IMG/VR virus record: IMGVR_UViG_3300049489_001303
Coordinates: 64,001 to 128,000 of that record
DNA: 64,000 bases
DNA from: a virus
Strand: one strand, 5' to 3'
This document shows positions 8,765-18,071 of this stretch, piece by piece. Every line of letters starts with the position of its first letter. Position 1 is the first letter of the stretch. The notes beneath the pieces were generated by a model that ran no database searches, was not told the DNA's origin, and saw only the letters and a list, made by a program, of their open reading frames with translations. Both the position numbers and the translations under genes were made by a program.

Positions 8765-10792
8765 ATGCTATTTGACTTTACCAGAGTGAACCACACTCCA
8801 GTGCTGTTCGTCAAGACAGATAATCCGGAGTTTGGGCGTATCCTGGGTGCTACGCAGAGCAGCACCATCAAAGGTTGGCTCTACCCGGCATATCTCCCCT
8901 TTCTCCCCAAGGTGCTCGCCGACATCGGGATCCTGGACAAACAGGCGCAGTATACCCCCGCCGCGGAGGCCTACCTGAAAGAGGTCCGAAGCTACGAGCA
9001 GTGGCGGGATGTAGTTGCAAACACACATTTCCCTACACGTAGCCGTGACCATCAGCTGGATGGCACCGCCGAGCTGCTGACGTACCACCGCTGGATGCTG
9101 CAGTGGGGCATGGGGGTCGGCAAAACCAAGATCGCCATAGACACCATCAATATCCTCAGAACGCCGACGCTGGTTCTGTGTCCCCGTGTGGCGGTGGACA
9201 ATTGGATGCTGGAGATCGACAATCATGGGGGTGGTCAGCTGAGGGCCATGACCCTCAAAGGTGCCAGCAAAGAAGCCAAGATGAAAGAGCTGCTGGAGAT
9301 GCCCCTGCATGACGTGGTGATCACCACCTATGACACGGCGAGGCTCTACGGCGTCCCATCGATACCTCCGGCGGCGGTCACTCTGCTGAAGAACGCCCAT
9401 CGAGCACTCCACCCTGATTTGAGGACAGCATTGATGTCCTTGAACGACGCCCAAGCGCAGGAGCGCCTGATCACAGAGTGGCTGGCCGGGCGCAACAACG
9501 CCGAAGTCATCGCTGAGATCCGCCACCTCAGAGAAGGGCGTAGTCACCAGTGGCTGATGGACTGGGACTACCAGACGCTCATCTGTGACGAGTCGCACCG
9601 TATCAAACGCATCCAGAGTAGCCGGACTGCCGCAGTGCTGCAGATGTCGGCCAAGGCATCCCGGAGGATCCTGCTCTCAGGAACCCCTATCCAGGGCAAT
9701 CCTCTGGATGCATTTCCCCAGCTCAAGTTCCTGGCCCCCTATATAGTCAAGGAAGACTATAGGAAGTTCAAACAGAAGTACACCGTGGCATCCCCCTACA
9801 ACGAGAATGCTGTGGTGGGATACAAGAACCTGCACATCTTGAACAGGCTTATCAGCAGTATCAGCAGTAAGCGAGAACTGGAAGAGTGTCTCAGCCTCCC
9901 CGAGCAGGTCTTGACCAAGGTGAACTACAGCTTATCCCCCGCCCAGAAGCGTGCCTACAACCAGGCAGTGGAAGCCTGGATTGTGGATCGAGCCGATCGG
10001 AGTGCTCAGGATATTGTCAATGCCGCAAGCCGGATAAGCAAGCTACTACAGATCTGCAGTGGTTTCGTCTACACCCAGACTGACACGGGGTGCTGCGACA
10101 CTTGCCCACATTTGACTACATGCATCGAAGGAAAGATAACCCCCGGAACACCTCGTTGTTTCAGAAAGGAAGAGATTGGCGAAATCCCACGTGAGACTCA
10201 ATGGTTTGACCCTAACCCCAAAATGGAAGCCCTTAAGGATCTACTGGAAGACATCATTCCTACAAACAAGGTCATTATCTGGGCCGTCTTCACCGCTGAG
10301 TTGGATCTGGTGGAAAAACTCCTACAGAGGGAGAAGATAGGGTACGTTCGAGTAGACGGCTCCAACACAGGTAAGGTCGCTAATATGGCCGCGAAATTTA
10401 ACAGTGAACCTGAGTGTATGGTATATCTGGCCCAGATCAGCACTGGCATCAGTATCACGCTTAACGCTGCTAAATACATGATCTACTACTCTCGCAACTG
10501 GAGCCCTGACGACAGGGAGCAGTCTATGGCCCGTAACCATAGACTGGGGCAGACACAGACAACAGGTGTATATGACCTGTGTGCTTTTGGAACAGTAGAG
10601 GCCCAACAACTTACCGCTTTAAACTGTAAACAGAATATCACCCAGTTATTGACAGATAAGGTTGACTGTCTGGTTTGTTCTCGCTATAGTGCCTGTGTAA
10701 ATACAGGAATAGAACCGTGGGATGACGGATGCATCTACAAGAAAAGCGTAAGCAAAGTCACGGCCAGAGCTGAATCTTTAGAGGAGGATTGA
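8765..10792 (+). CDS. SNF2-family (SF2) helicase/ATPase
   Basis: GMGVGKT, DESH, LSGTP, KVIIW, GISITL, QSMARNHRLGQ. Confidence 0.92.
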   Translation: MLFDFTRVNHTPVLFVKTDNPEFGRILGATQSSTIKGWLYPAYLPFLPKVLADIGILDKQAQYTPAAEAYLKEVRSYEQWRDVVANTHFPTRSRDHQLDGTAELLTYHRWMLQWGMGVGKTKIAIDTINILRTPTLVLCPRVAVDNWMLEIDNHGGGQLRAMTLKGASKEAKMKELLEMPLHDVVITTYDTARLYGVPSIPPAAVTLLKNAHRALHPDLRTALMSLNDAQAQERLITEWLAGRNNAEVIAEIRHLREGRSHQWLMDWDYQTLICDESHRIKRIQSSRTAAVLQMSAKASRRILLSGTPIQGNPLDAFPQLKFLAPYIVKEDYRKFKQKYTVASPYNENAVVGYKNLHILNRLISSISSKRELEECLSLPEQVLTKVNYSLSPAQKRAYNQAVEAWIVDRADRSAQDIVNAASRISKLLQICSGFVYTQTDTGCCDTCPHLTTCIEGKITPGTPRCFRKEEIGEIPRETQWFDPNPKMEALKDLLEDIIPTNKVIIWAVFTAELDLVEKLLQREKIGYVRVDGSNTGKVANMAAKFNSEPECMVYLAQISTGISITLNAAKYMIYYSRNWSPDDREQSMARNHRLGQTQTTGVYDLCAFGTVEAQQLTALNCKQNITQLLTDKVDCLVCSRYSACVNTGIEPWDDGCIYKKSVSKVTARAESLEED

Positions 10793-10793
10793 C

Positions 10794-11234
10794 ATGCAGA
10801 TAGCACTTACCCTACAGGAGTTAGCTCAGATCCTGGAAGCTCATTGGGGAATTGAAGTACAGCCCGAGAACCTAACACTGTCTCCGGACGCCGGGGAAAT
10901 TGTCATCAAAGATGCGTCGTTCAAGATGTTGTTGCAGGGGGCGGATAAGCCTGCAACTCCTGCTGCCAGTCGCAGTAAGGCCGCCTTGCCCCCCAGAGAG
11001 CTTCTGGTCGCTCCTGCCCCGACAGTAGCTACCACAGACGATGACGATGATTTTGGTGAGGATGAAGAGAACACGCCTTTGACTATGGAAGATATTCTGA
11101 ACATAAGCAAAACGGCAATGGTTAACAAGAAGGTGCTGACGCATCCCGAGATTTCTCGGGCACTACGTAACAGCTATGAAACCGACGAACCGCCAGAAAT
11201 GGACGAAGCCGAGTTAGCGGCTAACAGGAGATAA
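10794..11234 (+). CDS. hypothetical acidic protein
   Basis: SD GAGGAGG; tightly packed in the operon. Confidence 0.65.
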   Translation: MQIALTLQELAQILEAHWGIEVQPENLTLSPDAGEIVIKDASFKMLLQGADKPATPAASRSKAALPPRELLVAPAPTVATTDDDDDFGEDEENTPLTMEDILNISKTAMVNKKVLTHPEISRALRNSYETDEPPEMDEAELAANRR

Positions 11235-11236
11235 CT

Positions 11237-12124
11237 TTGACCGAAGAAACCAAAAAACCGGAGCGTGAAGGCCTCGTATTCCCCTATCCCGAGGGTGACG
11301 ACTTCTTTGATCCGGGTATTCCCAAGGGCGTTATATCTCCCTCAGGGTTTACGATGTATCGCAAGTGCCCGAGACAGTTTCAGTATGCCTACGTCCTGGA
11401 AATGAAGAAACCTCCAGCGGTAGCTATGCTCAAAGGTACCGCTATACATAAGGGGGCTGAAGTTGTGCACAAGCACACCATCGAGCACGGCAGTCTCCTG
11501 GGGATGGATGCTGCTGTACAGGCAGTGGATGACCGGTGGGAAAAGGAAGTGGGAGATATCGAGGACTGGGATGATGGCGACGGCAACATCCTGGCCGCCG
11601 GTGTTATCAAAGATATCACGATCTCCAACTTCAGGGCTTACTACGTTCAGGCTGTCCCCCTGATTAAGCCTGTGGCTGCTGAGAAGCCCTTCGCCATGAA
11701 GATCGGGACTGTCCCTATCCGTGGCGTGATTGACCTCATTGACTCCATTCCGGGAGAATACTCCCTCGAGGACGACCCGGAGCAACCCCCACCCAGCATC
11801 GAAGTGGTTGCCGACCTGAAAACCACAAAGATGCGGTGGGCGCAGCAGAAGCTCGACCACGATGTGCAGATGACGATCTACTCCTATGTAGAGAACACTC
11901 CGCAGATCCGTGTAGACCTCCTGCTGGATGCTAAAAAGGGTGCCACTTACTGTCCCATGCGCACGACGCGTTCTCGGCAAGAGAAGAAGGTGATGGTAGA
12001 GGACCTGGAAGAGACAGTGGACCTGATTAAGAAAGGTGTATTCCCGCGCTGTGATCCCACGTCGTGGGCTTGTACACCTAAGTTCTGCGGCTATTACGAA
12101 ATGTGCCGCGGTAAGAAAGGCTGA
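11237..12124 (+). CDS. PD-(D/E)XK nuclease, Cas4/RecB-like
   Basis: ISPS..YRKCPRQF, GTAIH, RGVIDLI, VADLKT, QMTIY, and a C-terminal Cys cluster. Confidence 0.85.
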   Translation: MTEETKKPEREGLVFPYPEGDDFFDPGIPKGVISPSGFTMYRKCPRQFQYAYVLEMKKPPAVAMLKGTAIHKGAEVVHKHTIEHGSLLGMDAAVQAVDDRWEKEVGDIEDWDDGDGNILAAGVIKDITISNFRAYYVQAVPLIKPVAAEKPFAMKIGTVPIRGVIDLIDSIPGEYSLEDDPEQPPPSIEVVADLKTTKMRWAQQKLDHDVQMTIYSYVENTPQIRVDLLLDAKKGATYCPMRTTRSRQEKKVMVEDLEETVDLIKKGVFPRCDPTSWACTPKFCGYYEMCRGKKG

Positions 12125-12129
12125 TAAGC

Positions 12130-13314
12130 ATGAGACCCCTGACCGATTACCTGAAATTGTCCAAAGTGGCTTTTTGGAAAAAAGTGGATGCTGAAGGAGC
12201 TGCAGCGGAAACGCGCTTCCTCGCAATGTGGAACAGGCTGGACGAGGACATCCCCTCTCAGGAGGATGCCGCCCAGGCCCTCGACGACTTGTTCCTGTAT
12301 TCGCACAAGCGGATCCGGGAGCACAGCAAAGTCGTCGCCAACAACTATCCGACCACTCAGGTAACCAAGAATCGGCTCGGGTCTCAAAAGGCGTTGTGGT
12401 GGGTTGACCACTTCACCGCGGGCATCAGCGAATGGTCCACACTGAATTGGTTCAGCGCTGGAAAAGTAAAGAAGAAGAATGGCTCCATGGGGCTCGCCGG
12501 CGCATCCACTCACTTTGTGATGGGGTACGGCGGTGAGCCCTTTTATATCATCCCCCTGATGCATGGCGCCTGGCATGAGCCGCGGAAAAACAAAGATGGT
12601 CTCAGCATCGAGCATGTCAACTCTGGTGGTCTCAGTCTGAAGGATGACGGCTGGCATTACTGGGCCAGAAAGATGCCGACAGAGCTTGTCCAGGAGCTCC
12701 CCCCAACGCCCCTCGGCGAACCGTTCAAAGGTCTCAAGGTGATGCAGCCCTTCACTTTGGCGCAGATCATTGCGAACATCAAACTTAAACGGCTCGTTAT
12801 CGCCGCTCTGCCCAGTGTCCTGACCCTGGAAAGAATGTCAGAGCATGACGACTGGCGGGAAGGCAAAACAGATATGGGCCCCCTCTGGCCCCGGGAAGAT
12901 TGCAACCAATCAGCGTTTGCCGTAGAGCCTCTTCCGGAGCTTTCTTTTTTGCAGAAGGAAGGCTACACCGGGGGCAACATCAAAGCCTTCGAAATTTTTG
13001 ATGGGAGGATCGACGATAGTGATGTGGATCTTTCTGCCAATCCGTCCTACGGTTTCGACGCCCCGACGCACGATGATGATGAGGATGAGAAAGACTCCCC
13101 CATCTGCAAGAACCCGACGGTAGAGGATCTGCAGAAGAAGCTCTACGCCAAGGGCTACATGCTGACGGTTGACGGTATCTACGGTAAAGAGACCACTGAG
13201 CAGGTAAAGCGCTTCCAGGCAGATACCAACCGCAAAATCAATGACATCAAAGCCCGTCTGAAAGTAGACGGCATTGCCGGCCCTCGAACGATGGCCTGTT
13301 TGTTCAAGGAGTAA
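12130..13314 (+). CDS. N-acetylmuramoyl-L-alanine amidase with C-terminal peptidoglycan-binding domain (putative endolysin)
   Basis: VDHFTA, ASTHFVM, AWH, SIEHVN and SEH...KTDMG. PG_binding_1-like VDGIYGKET..VKRFQ...LKVDGIAGPRT. Confidence 0.85.
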   Translation: MRPLTDYLKLSKVAFWKKVDAEGAAAETRFLAMWNRLDEDIPSQEDAAQALDDLFLYSHKRIREHSKVVANNYPTTQVTKNRLGSQKALWWVDHFTAGISEWSTLNWFSAGKVKKKNGSMGLAGASTHFVMGYGGEPFYIIPLMHGAWHEPRKNKDGLSIEHVNSGGLSLKDDGWHYWARKMPTELVQELPPTPLGEPFKGLKVMQPFTLAQIIANIKLKRLVIAALPSVLTLERMSEHDDWREGKTDMGPLWPREDCNQSAFAVEPLPELSFLQKEGYTGGNIKAFEIFDGRIDDSDVDLSANPSYGFDAPTHDDDEDEKDSPICKNPTVEDLQKKLYAKGYMLTVDGIYGKETTEQVKRFQADTNRKINDIKARLKVDGIAGPRTMACLFKE

Positions 13315-13320
13315 AATCAC

Positions 13321-13746
13321 ATGGATGTAGTAGTAACCAAGGAATGCCCCCGTTGTGGAAAGAAAAGTGATGTGGCTGTTGCTCTGGAAGTGGCTGTTGC
13401 CATGGATCAGAAACGTAAGGAAAAGGAGAACGAAACAGCTGCCCTGGAGCTGGACCTGGCTGAAACGCTGGGCAATATGCAGAATAAACCCCTGTTACTG
13501 GTAGCGGCGCTCAACGCTGATGGCGCAACCTACACCGTTAAGGCCATGAGTGATCTCTGCTCCGGCCAGCGCAGTTGCACCTCACGGATCACCACGCTGC
13601 TCAATGAAGTGTTCGTGCCTGTGAAGCAGGTTGTGAAGAAGAAAGAAGTTCCCAATGAGCGTGAGATGACAGACCCCCCGGCAATGACACTGGAAGAACT
13701 CCGTGCGGGCGGACCTGCACGAATGAGTGAGGATGACAATGGATAA
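13321..13746 (+). CDS. hypothetical protein, putative Zn-binding
   Basis: CPRC near the N-terminus and a later C-x5-C. Confidence 0.6.
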   Translation: MDVVVTKECPRCGKKSDVAVALEVAVAMDQKRKEKENETAALELDLAETLGNMQNKPLLLVAALNADGATYTVKAMSDLCSGQRSCTSRITTLLNEVFVPVKQVVKKKEVPNEREMTDPPAMTLEELRAGGPARMSEDDNG

Positions 13747-13903
13747 GTACGGTGTAGAGACGCCCCTGCCGGCGGAGAAGGTGGCAGAAGAGAAAGAAAA
13801 AGAACCTGTGGCACGCTGCCACCGTTGCGGGGCAGTAGTTCGGAATGAGGGTAATACCCTGTTCTGCCCCAACTGTGGCACTGAACCATTTGAGGCACCG
13901 TAA
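13739..13903 (+). CDS. small zinc-ribbon protein (54 aa, not in the ORF track)
   Basis: Translated by hand: MDKYGVETPLPAEKVAEEKEKEPVARCHRCGAVVRNEGNTLFCPNCGTEPFEAP*. GAGGA upstream; it fills the gap between flanking genes. Confidence 0.75.
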   Translation: MDKYGVETPLPAEKVAEEKEKEPVARCHRCGAVVRNEGNTLFCPNCGTEPFEAP

Positions 13904-13906
13904 GCC

Positions 13907-14275
13907 ATGACAGATGTGGACAAGCTCAGAGTAATACGTGCCCTATACATTATGGCATACACCTCGGAGAAGAGCCTTGTCCCGATCGCTGTAGAGTTGT
14001 TTCACCTGTTGGGGGACATTCTGGAAGGGACGCCCATCAGTGAGCTGGAGCTGCACAGCATCGATCGCAAGGAATTACTTTTGACCCTTGAGGAATTGTC
14101 GCCTCAAGAAAAGGCAGGTAACGATGGTCACGACTGTGAAACTGAATCAGATACGTGTGACTCACGATTGGAATCGGGAGGATGTGGGCGACATCAGCAG
14201 TCTGGTAACGTCCATAAGGGAAAACGGCCAGCTGCAGCCTCTGCTGGTATGGCAGGATTCGTCGAAGAAGCATAA
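13907..14275 (+). CDS. hypothetical protein
   Basis: Starts 3 nt after the previous stop. Its 3' ~150 nt overlap the ParB gene. Confidence 0.45.
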   Translation: MTDVDKLRVIRALYIMAYTSEKSLVPIAVELFHLLGDILEGTPISELELHSIDRKELLLTLEELSPQEKAGNDGHDCETESDTCDSRLESGGCGRHQQSGNVHKGKRPAAASAGMAGFVEEA

Positions 14276-15017
14276 GCAGCCCGTCTACTACCTGATAGAC
14301 GGCCGCCGAAGATTCGCGGCGCTGCAGATGCTGAAGAAGGATCCATTGGTGGTTATGAGCAGCGCTCAGGATTCCGCCTCAGCCTTTCTGCAGTCCATGG
14401 CTGCAAACCTGGTGAGGGAGGGGAACACCGTATACGAGATCTCCCGCTCCTTCGACCAGCTGGTCACTGAGTACGGTGTGCTGTATGACGACATCGTGAA
14501 GACCTGTGGTAAGACAGCCGGCTATGTGAGCCAGCACGTCACGGCTATACGTGTGGCTCGCAGAGATCCCCAGTTACTGGAGATGTTCAAAGCGGGTGGG
14601 ACTTCCCTCTACGTGTTCCGCTCACTGTGCAAGCTCGACGAGCATGCGGACAGGCCACAGTTCAAGCGTATGGTCAAGCTGCTTGCCGGCGGAGCCACTT
14701 CGGCTGAGGTAGGTCTGCAGGTGGACCAGTACCTGAAGAAGAAAGAGCAGCGCCTCCAGAACACGGCGAAACGCACGGGGGTCAAACTGCCACCGAAGAC
14801 AGGTAAAGTCGCTGCCGACGCTATCCGCAGGAAGTCTTTGACGGACTACCATTCGACTGAGGTCCGCAAGACTATCAAGAAGCTCTCGGTGGCCGATTTG
14901 ATCAAGAAGGCATCTCAGTATCAGGACAAGTTCATCGCCGCGAAGAGTGTCAACATGCAGCGCTACTACCAGGGCTGCATAGCTGCTATTGAGTGCGCCC
15001 TCGGCATCGCTGAGTAA
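14124..15017 (+). CDS. ParB/Srx-family N-terminal domain protein with HTH
   Basis: SLVTSIRENGQLQPLLV...YYLIDGRRRFAA, ANLVRE, and HTH-like IVKTCGKTAGYVSQH. Start reassigned to ATG 14124. Confidence 0.8.
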   Translation: MVTTVKLNQIRVTHDWNREDVGDISSLVTSIRENGQLQPLLVWQDSSKKHKQPVYYLIDGRRRFAALQMLKKDPLVVMSSAQDSASAFLQSMAANLVREGNTVYEISRSFDQLVTEYGVLYDDIVKTCGKTAGYVSQHVTAIRVARRDPQLLEMFKAGGTSLYVFRSLCKLDEHADRPQFKRMVKLLAGGATSAEVGLQVDQYLKKKEQRLQNTAKRTGVKLPPKTGKVAADAIRRKSLTDYHSTEVRKTIKKLSVADLIKKASQYQDKFIAAKSVNMQRYYQGCIAAIECALGIAE

Positions 15018-15023
15018 CTCCCT

Positions 15024-16043
15024 TTAATACCCCAGGCTATCTCCGTGGCGAGATCGGCGCTTCATCTCCCGCTTCAGCATCTTCACGGCTTTCTCTTTGA
15101 TCTGCCGGACTCTTTCTGGAGTGATCTGGGTGATAGCAGCCAATTGGGGCAGGGTCTTATTGGCGTTTTTGCGCTCTTCTTCGGGGATATTGAAGTACCC
15201 CAGCACAATGTAGAGATCTCGCTTTGATTTGCACACCCGGCGCAGAGTCTGCCGCACCATGAAAGACGCATCATCGCTGATAGCAGTATCTTCGGCAGTC
15301 CCCACAGTGCTGATGTGTGTGTCATCTACCTGCACGGCCGGATGCATTATCGCCGCATCATCGTTGAGAGGGGCTTCAAAGTTGTGACCTCCGGGCGACG
15401 TGCAGGGCAGGGAAGCGTCACAGGCCTCTGGAGTCTCACTGCGTAAGCCGCAAATAGTGCACACGTACCGCCCCTCTTTATATGACTTCCTTAAGTCCCT
15501 TTGCCGGTGGGTGGGTATATGCACCAGGTGTGAGGCATGGATCTCATCCAGCATCTCTTTACGGATCCACCACTCCGCATAGGTCAGGAAGCGAGTGCTG
15601 CGGTTCATGCTGAACTTATCCAGAGCTATCACTAACCCCACGTTGCCCGCCGACACCAGCTTCTGAAAATGCTCAGAATCCTGTGTTATTTTTTTTGCCC
15701 GGCGGATAACAAAGCGGAGGTTGGCCTGGATGATCTTTTCCCGGGCTAACAGGTCTCTGGAGGAGCCACATTTGGGGCAATATACCGGGGGTGCCGAAAT
15801 TTCAAATTTGTCCCCACATCTGGTACAAGCAGTTGCCTTATCCCGACTTTCTTCGGGAGTGGGCTCCCCGCACGTGGGGCAGTTACTTACAAAGGCTTTT
15901 GGCTCAAACAGGTGCGTGCAGTTGGGGCACGTGTAGTAGCGTCGCAAAAGCTCCCGCTCTTCAGCCGCGGTGAGGACCTGATGTTTACCGACTTCATTGT
16001 AGTACTGTGTATAAACCCGATCCCGTGTACTATCGTGTAGCAT
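15024..16043 (-). CDS. sigma-70 family RNA polymerase sigma factor with zinc-ribbon insertions
   Basis: Region 1.2 YYNEVGKHQVLTAAEERELL. Region 2 IIQANLRFV...GNVGLVIALDKF...RFLTYAEWWIR. Region 4 TLPQLA...TPERVRQIKEKA. SD GGAGGT before ATG 16043. Confidence 0.9.
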   Translation of the reverse strand: MLHDSTRDRVYTQYYNEVGKHQVLTAAEERELLRRYYTCPNCTHLFEPKAFVSNCPTCGEPTPEESRDKATACTRCGDKFEISAPPVYCPKCGSSRDLLAREKIIQANLRFVIRRAKKITQDSEHFQKLVSAGNVGLVIALDKFSMNRSTRFLTYAEWWIRKEMLDEIHASHLVHIPTHRQRDLRKSYKEGRYVCTICGLRSETPEACDASLPCTSPGGHNFEAPLNDDAAIMHPAVQVDDTHISTVGTAEDTAISDDASFMVRQTLRRVCKSKRDLYIVLGYFNIPEEERKNANKTLPQLAAITQITPERVRQIKEKAVKMLKREMKRRSRHGDSLGY

Positions 16044-16100
16044 GCAGACCTCCGTGTAGCCGTTTATCCTCCAAATATGATTGAACATCGCACAATTAAT

Positions 16101-16129
16101 TAGACATTGCAAGTGTGCTTCGCTATCAT
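16101..16129 (+). promoter_or_regulatory. sigma70-like promoter for the replication gene block
   Basis: TAGACA-N17-TATCAT in an AT-rich divergent intergenic region. Confidence 0.55.
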
Positions 16130-16177
16130 CGGTGACGCACCCAACAGATGGGCCACTAAGGCCCGTAGGAGAACAAG

Positions 16178-17191
16178 ATGAAAGAGAATAAAAACACCCC
16201 TGTCTCTGCGCCCCCCAAACCCGAAGTGGCTCCGGTCACTTCCACAGAACTGGCGGTCACCAGTCATGCCTTGACCCCTCTCGCGAACAGCGCCCCGAAC
16301 CTGTTCATGGAGTGTTACAGTGAGAAACTCGAGATCGTAGGCTTCGAGTTGCCGAATCAGCGGGAGATCCGGAAGATCGCGGCGGAACTGCCGGCCGAAT
16401 ATAAGAAGCAGATAGAGCTTCTTCTCAGCCGCACGATGGGCGACGACGCCGGCGGCTACGGTGGTAGCTCCGGTGGTGCCAACTACGTGGAACTCCGGCT
16501 GTTTCACGGCACCGGCAATGATGCCAACCGCCCGGAGGACACGATCCCGGGTCAGTTCTACCTCTCTTCGATGGAAGGCGTGGGTAAGACGTTCGAGGGT
16601 ACGCCTCTGGTATGGTGGGAGGGCTGCACGATGTGGCCGAGCAAAGAGGACACCGTACGCGTACCTCTCTGTCACTCCATGGATCAGAGGGTCGGCTCAT
16701 CTTTCGGGATGTGCAATCAGTGCCCCAACATCCAGTGGCACAACAACCAACCTGGCCCATGCGGTAAAGACGTGGTGATGTTCATGCTCAGCAAGAACCT
16801 CACAGACATCGTGATGGTGCGCTTCGCCAAGACCTCGACGAAAGCCGGGGAGAAGCTCATCGCGATCGCCAAGCGCAATCCGCCGGCGTACTCCAAGTGG
16901 TACAATGTCACCTCCAAAGTCACTGTGCACAAAACGGATCCCAACAAACGTTGGTTCCTGTTTGACGCGGTGCCGCAGACTGGTGAACAGGCTATCGTTC
17001 CTGAAGCCCTGCATCCCCTCCTCAAAGCCCTCAAGCTGTCCATTGAAGCTGCCATCATCCTGCCGCAGATGGCGAACATCTACCGGCAAGCTGAGCAGGC
17101 ACTGGCCCCCGAAGGGGAAAGCGCTGCGTTGCCCGCTTCGGCGGAAGGTGAGCAATCCCTCGGTCAGTGGGGCGGATCCGAAAACGTCTAA
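16178..17191 (+). CDS. hypothetical protein, possibly ssDNA-binding/recombination protein
   Basis: SD AGGAG. C..C-x2-C..C cluster and acidic tail. Lies directly upstream of nuclease, primase and polymerase genes. Function is inferred from context only. Confidence 0.5.
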   Translation: MKENKNTPVSAPPKPEVAPVTSTELAVTSHALTPLANSAPNLFMECYSEKLEIVGFELPNQREIRKIAAELPAEYKKQIELLLSRTMGDDAGGYGGSSGGANYVELRLFHGTGNDANRPEDTIPGQFYLSSMEGVGKTFEGTPLVWWEGCTMWPSKEDTVRVPLCHSMDQRVGSSFGMCNQCPNIQWHNNQPGPCGKDVVMFMLSKNLTDIVMVRFAKTSTKAGEKLIAIAKRNPPAYSKWYNVTSKVTVHKTDPNKRWFLFDAVPQTGEQAIVPEALHPLLKALKLSIEAAIILPQMANIYRQAEQALAPEGESAALPASAEGEQSLGQWGGSENV

Positions 17192-17206
17192 GACCCAATA
17201 AGTCTG

Positions 17207-17242
17207 GCAGGGGGCGGCACTGACGCCGCTCCCTGCTTTTTT
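17207..17242 (+). terminator. rho-independent terminator
   Basis: GCAGGGGGCGGC-ACTGAC-GCCGCTCCCTGC followed by TTTTTT. Confidence 0.8.
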
Positions 17243-17261
17243 ATCTGAGGAGGTTTCTTCC

Positions 17262-18071
17262 ATGGCTATTATCCCGTCGCAATTCGTAAGGGACCACGCT
17301 CCCTGGTCTATAAGTAAGGCTGAGGTAGCTCGGCAATGCCCCAAAAAGTTCTTCCTGCAGTACGTTGACAAGGTAAAGACAGGGCAGGGCTCTAACTCCG
17401 CCGCACGTATCGGCAAGGCGGTGCATACTGCCATGGAATACATATTGAAAGGGAACCCAGTGGCCCAGGCCTTCAGGCTGGCTGCCAGTGTGCACGAGTT
17501 ACTGAGTGATGAAATCAACACCATTAACGACTACATCCCGGCGGCTAAGAAGTTCATGGCTCACTACAAGAACTACTGCGTGCAGCATAGAGCACAGCCC
17601 CCGGAAGTGGAGCTTAAGCTGGCTGTCGATATCAACGGTAAACCCGTTAGGTTTTTCGACAACGCCAACTGTTTCCTCCGCGGAGTTATAGACTTGGCCG
17701 TTCAGTTCAAAGGACGGTCTGACGTTCTGATCATAGACCACAAAACTGGTGCTGAAAAAGAGTTCGACCACTTCAAACATCAGTTCGCGGCCTACCAGCT
17801 TCTTATCAAGGCCAGATACCCGGCCCTGCAGGCCGCATACGTAGGTCTCAACTACCTCGGAACGGACAAGGTAGTACTTTTACCTACACCATTTTCTTTA
17901 AAAGAGATCGATCCGCTGATGGATAGCGTAGTACAATTTCTGAACGACGCTACAGCGGACGCTGACAACTTCGAAATGACTCGGTGCGGCCCCCTTTGCA
18001 ATTGGTGTGAATATAAAGCGTCAGGGGATTGCCCGATTTACCAGGTGACTAATGGCAAAACAGAAGAATGA
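17262..18071 (+). CDS. PD-(D/E)XK nuclease, Cas4/RecB-like
   Basis: WSISK...QCPKKF, GKAVH, LRGVIDL, IIDHKTG, Q...Y, CNWC...C. Confidence 0.85.
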   Translation: MAIIPSQFVRDHAPWSISKAEVARQCPKKFFLQYVDKVKTGQGSNSAARIGKAVHTAMEYILKGNPVAQAFRLAASVHELLSDEINTINDYIPAAKKFMAHYKNYCVQHRAQPPEVELKLAVDINGKPVRFFDNANCFLRGVIDLAVQFKGRSDVLIIDHKTGAEKEFDHFKHQFAAYQLLIKARYPALQAAYVGLNYLGTDKVVLLPTPFSLKEIDPLMDSVVQFLNDATADADNFEMTRCGPLCNWCEYKASGDCPIYQVTNGKTEE

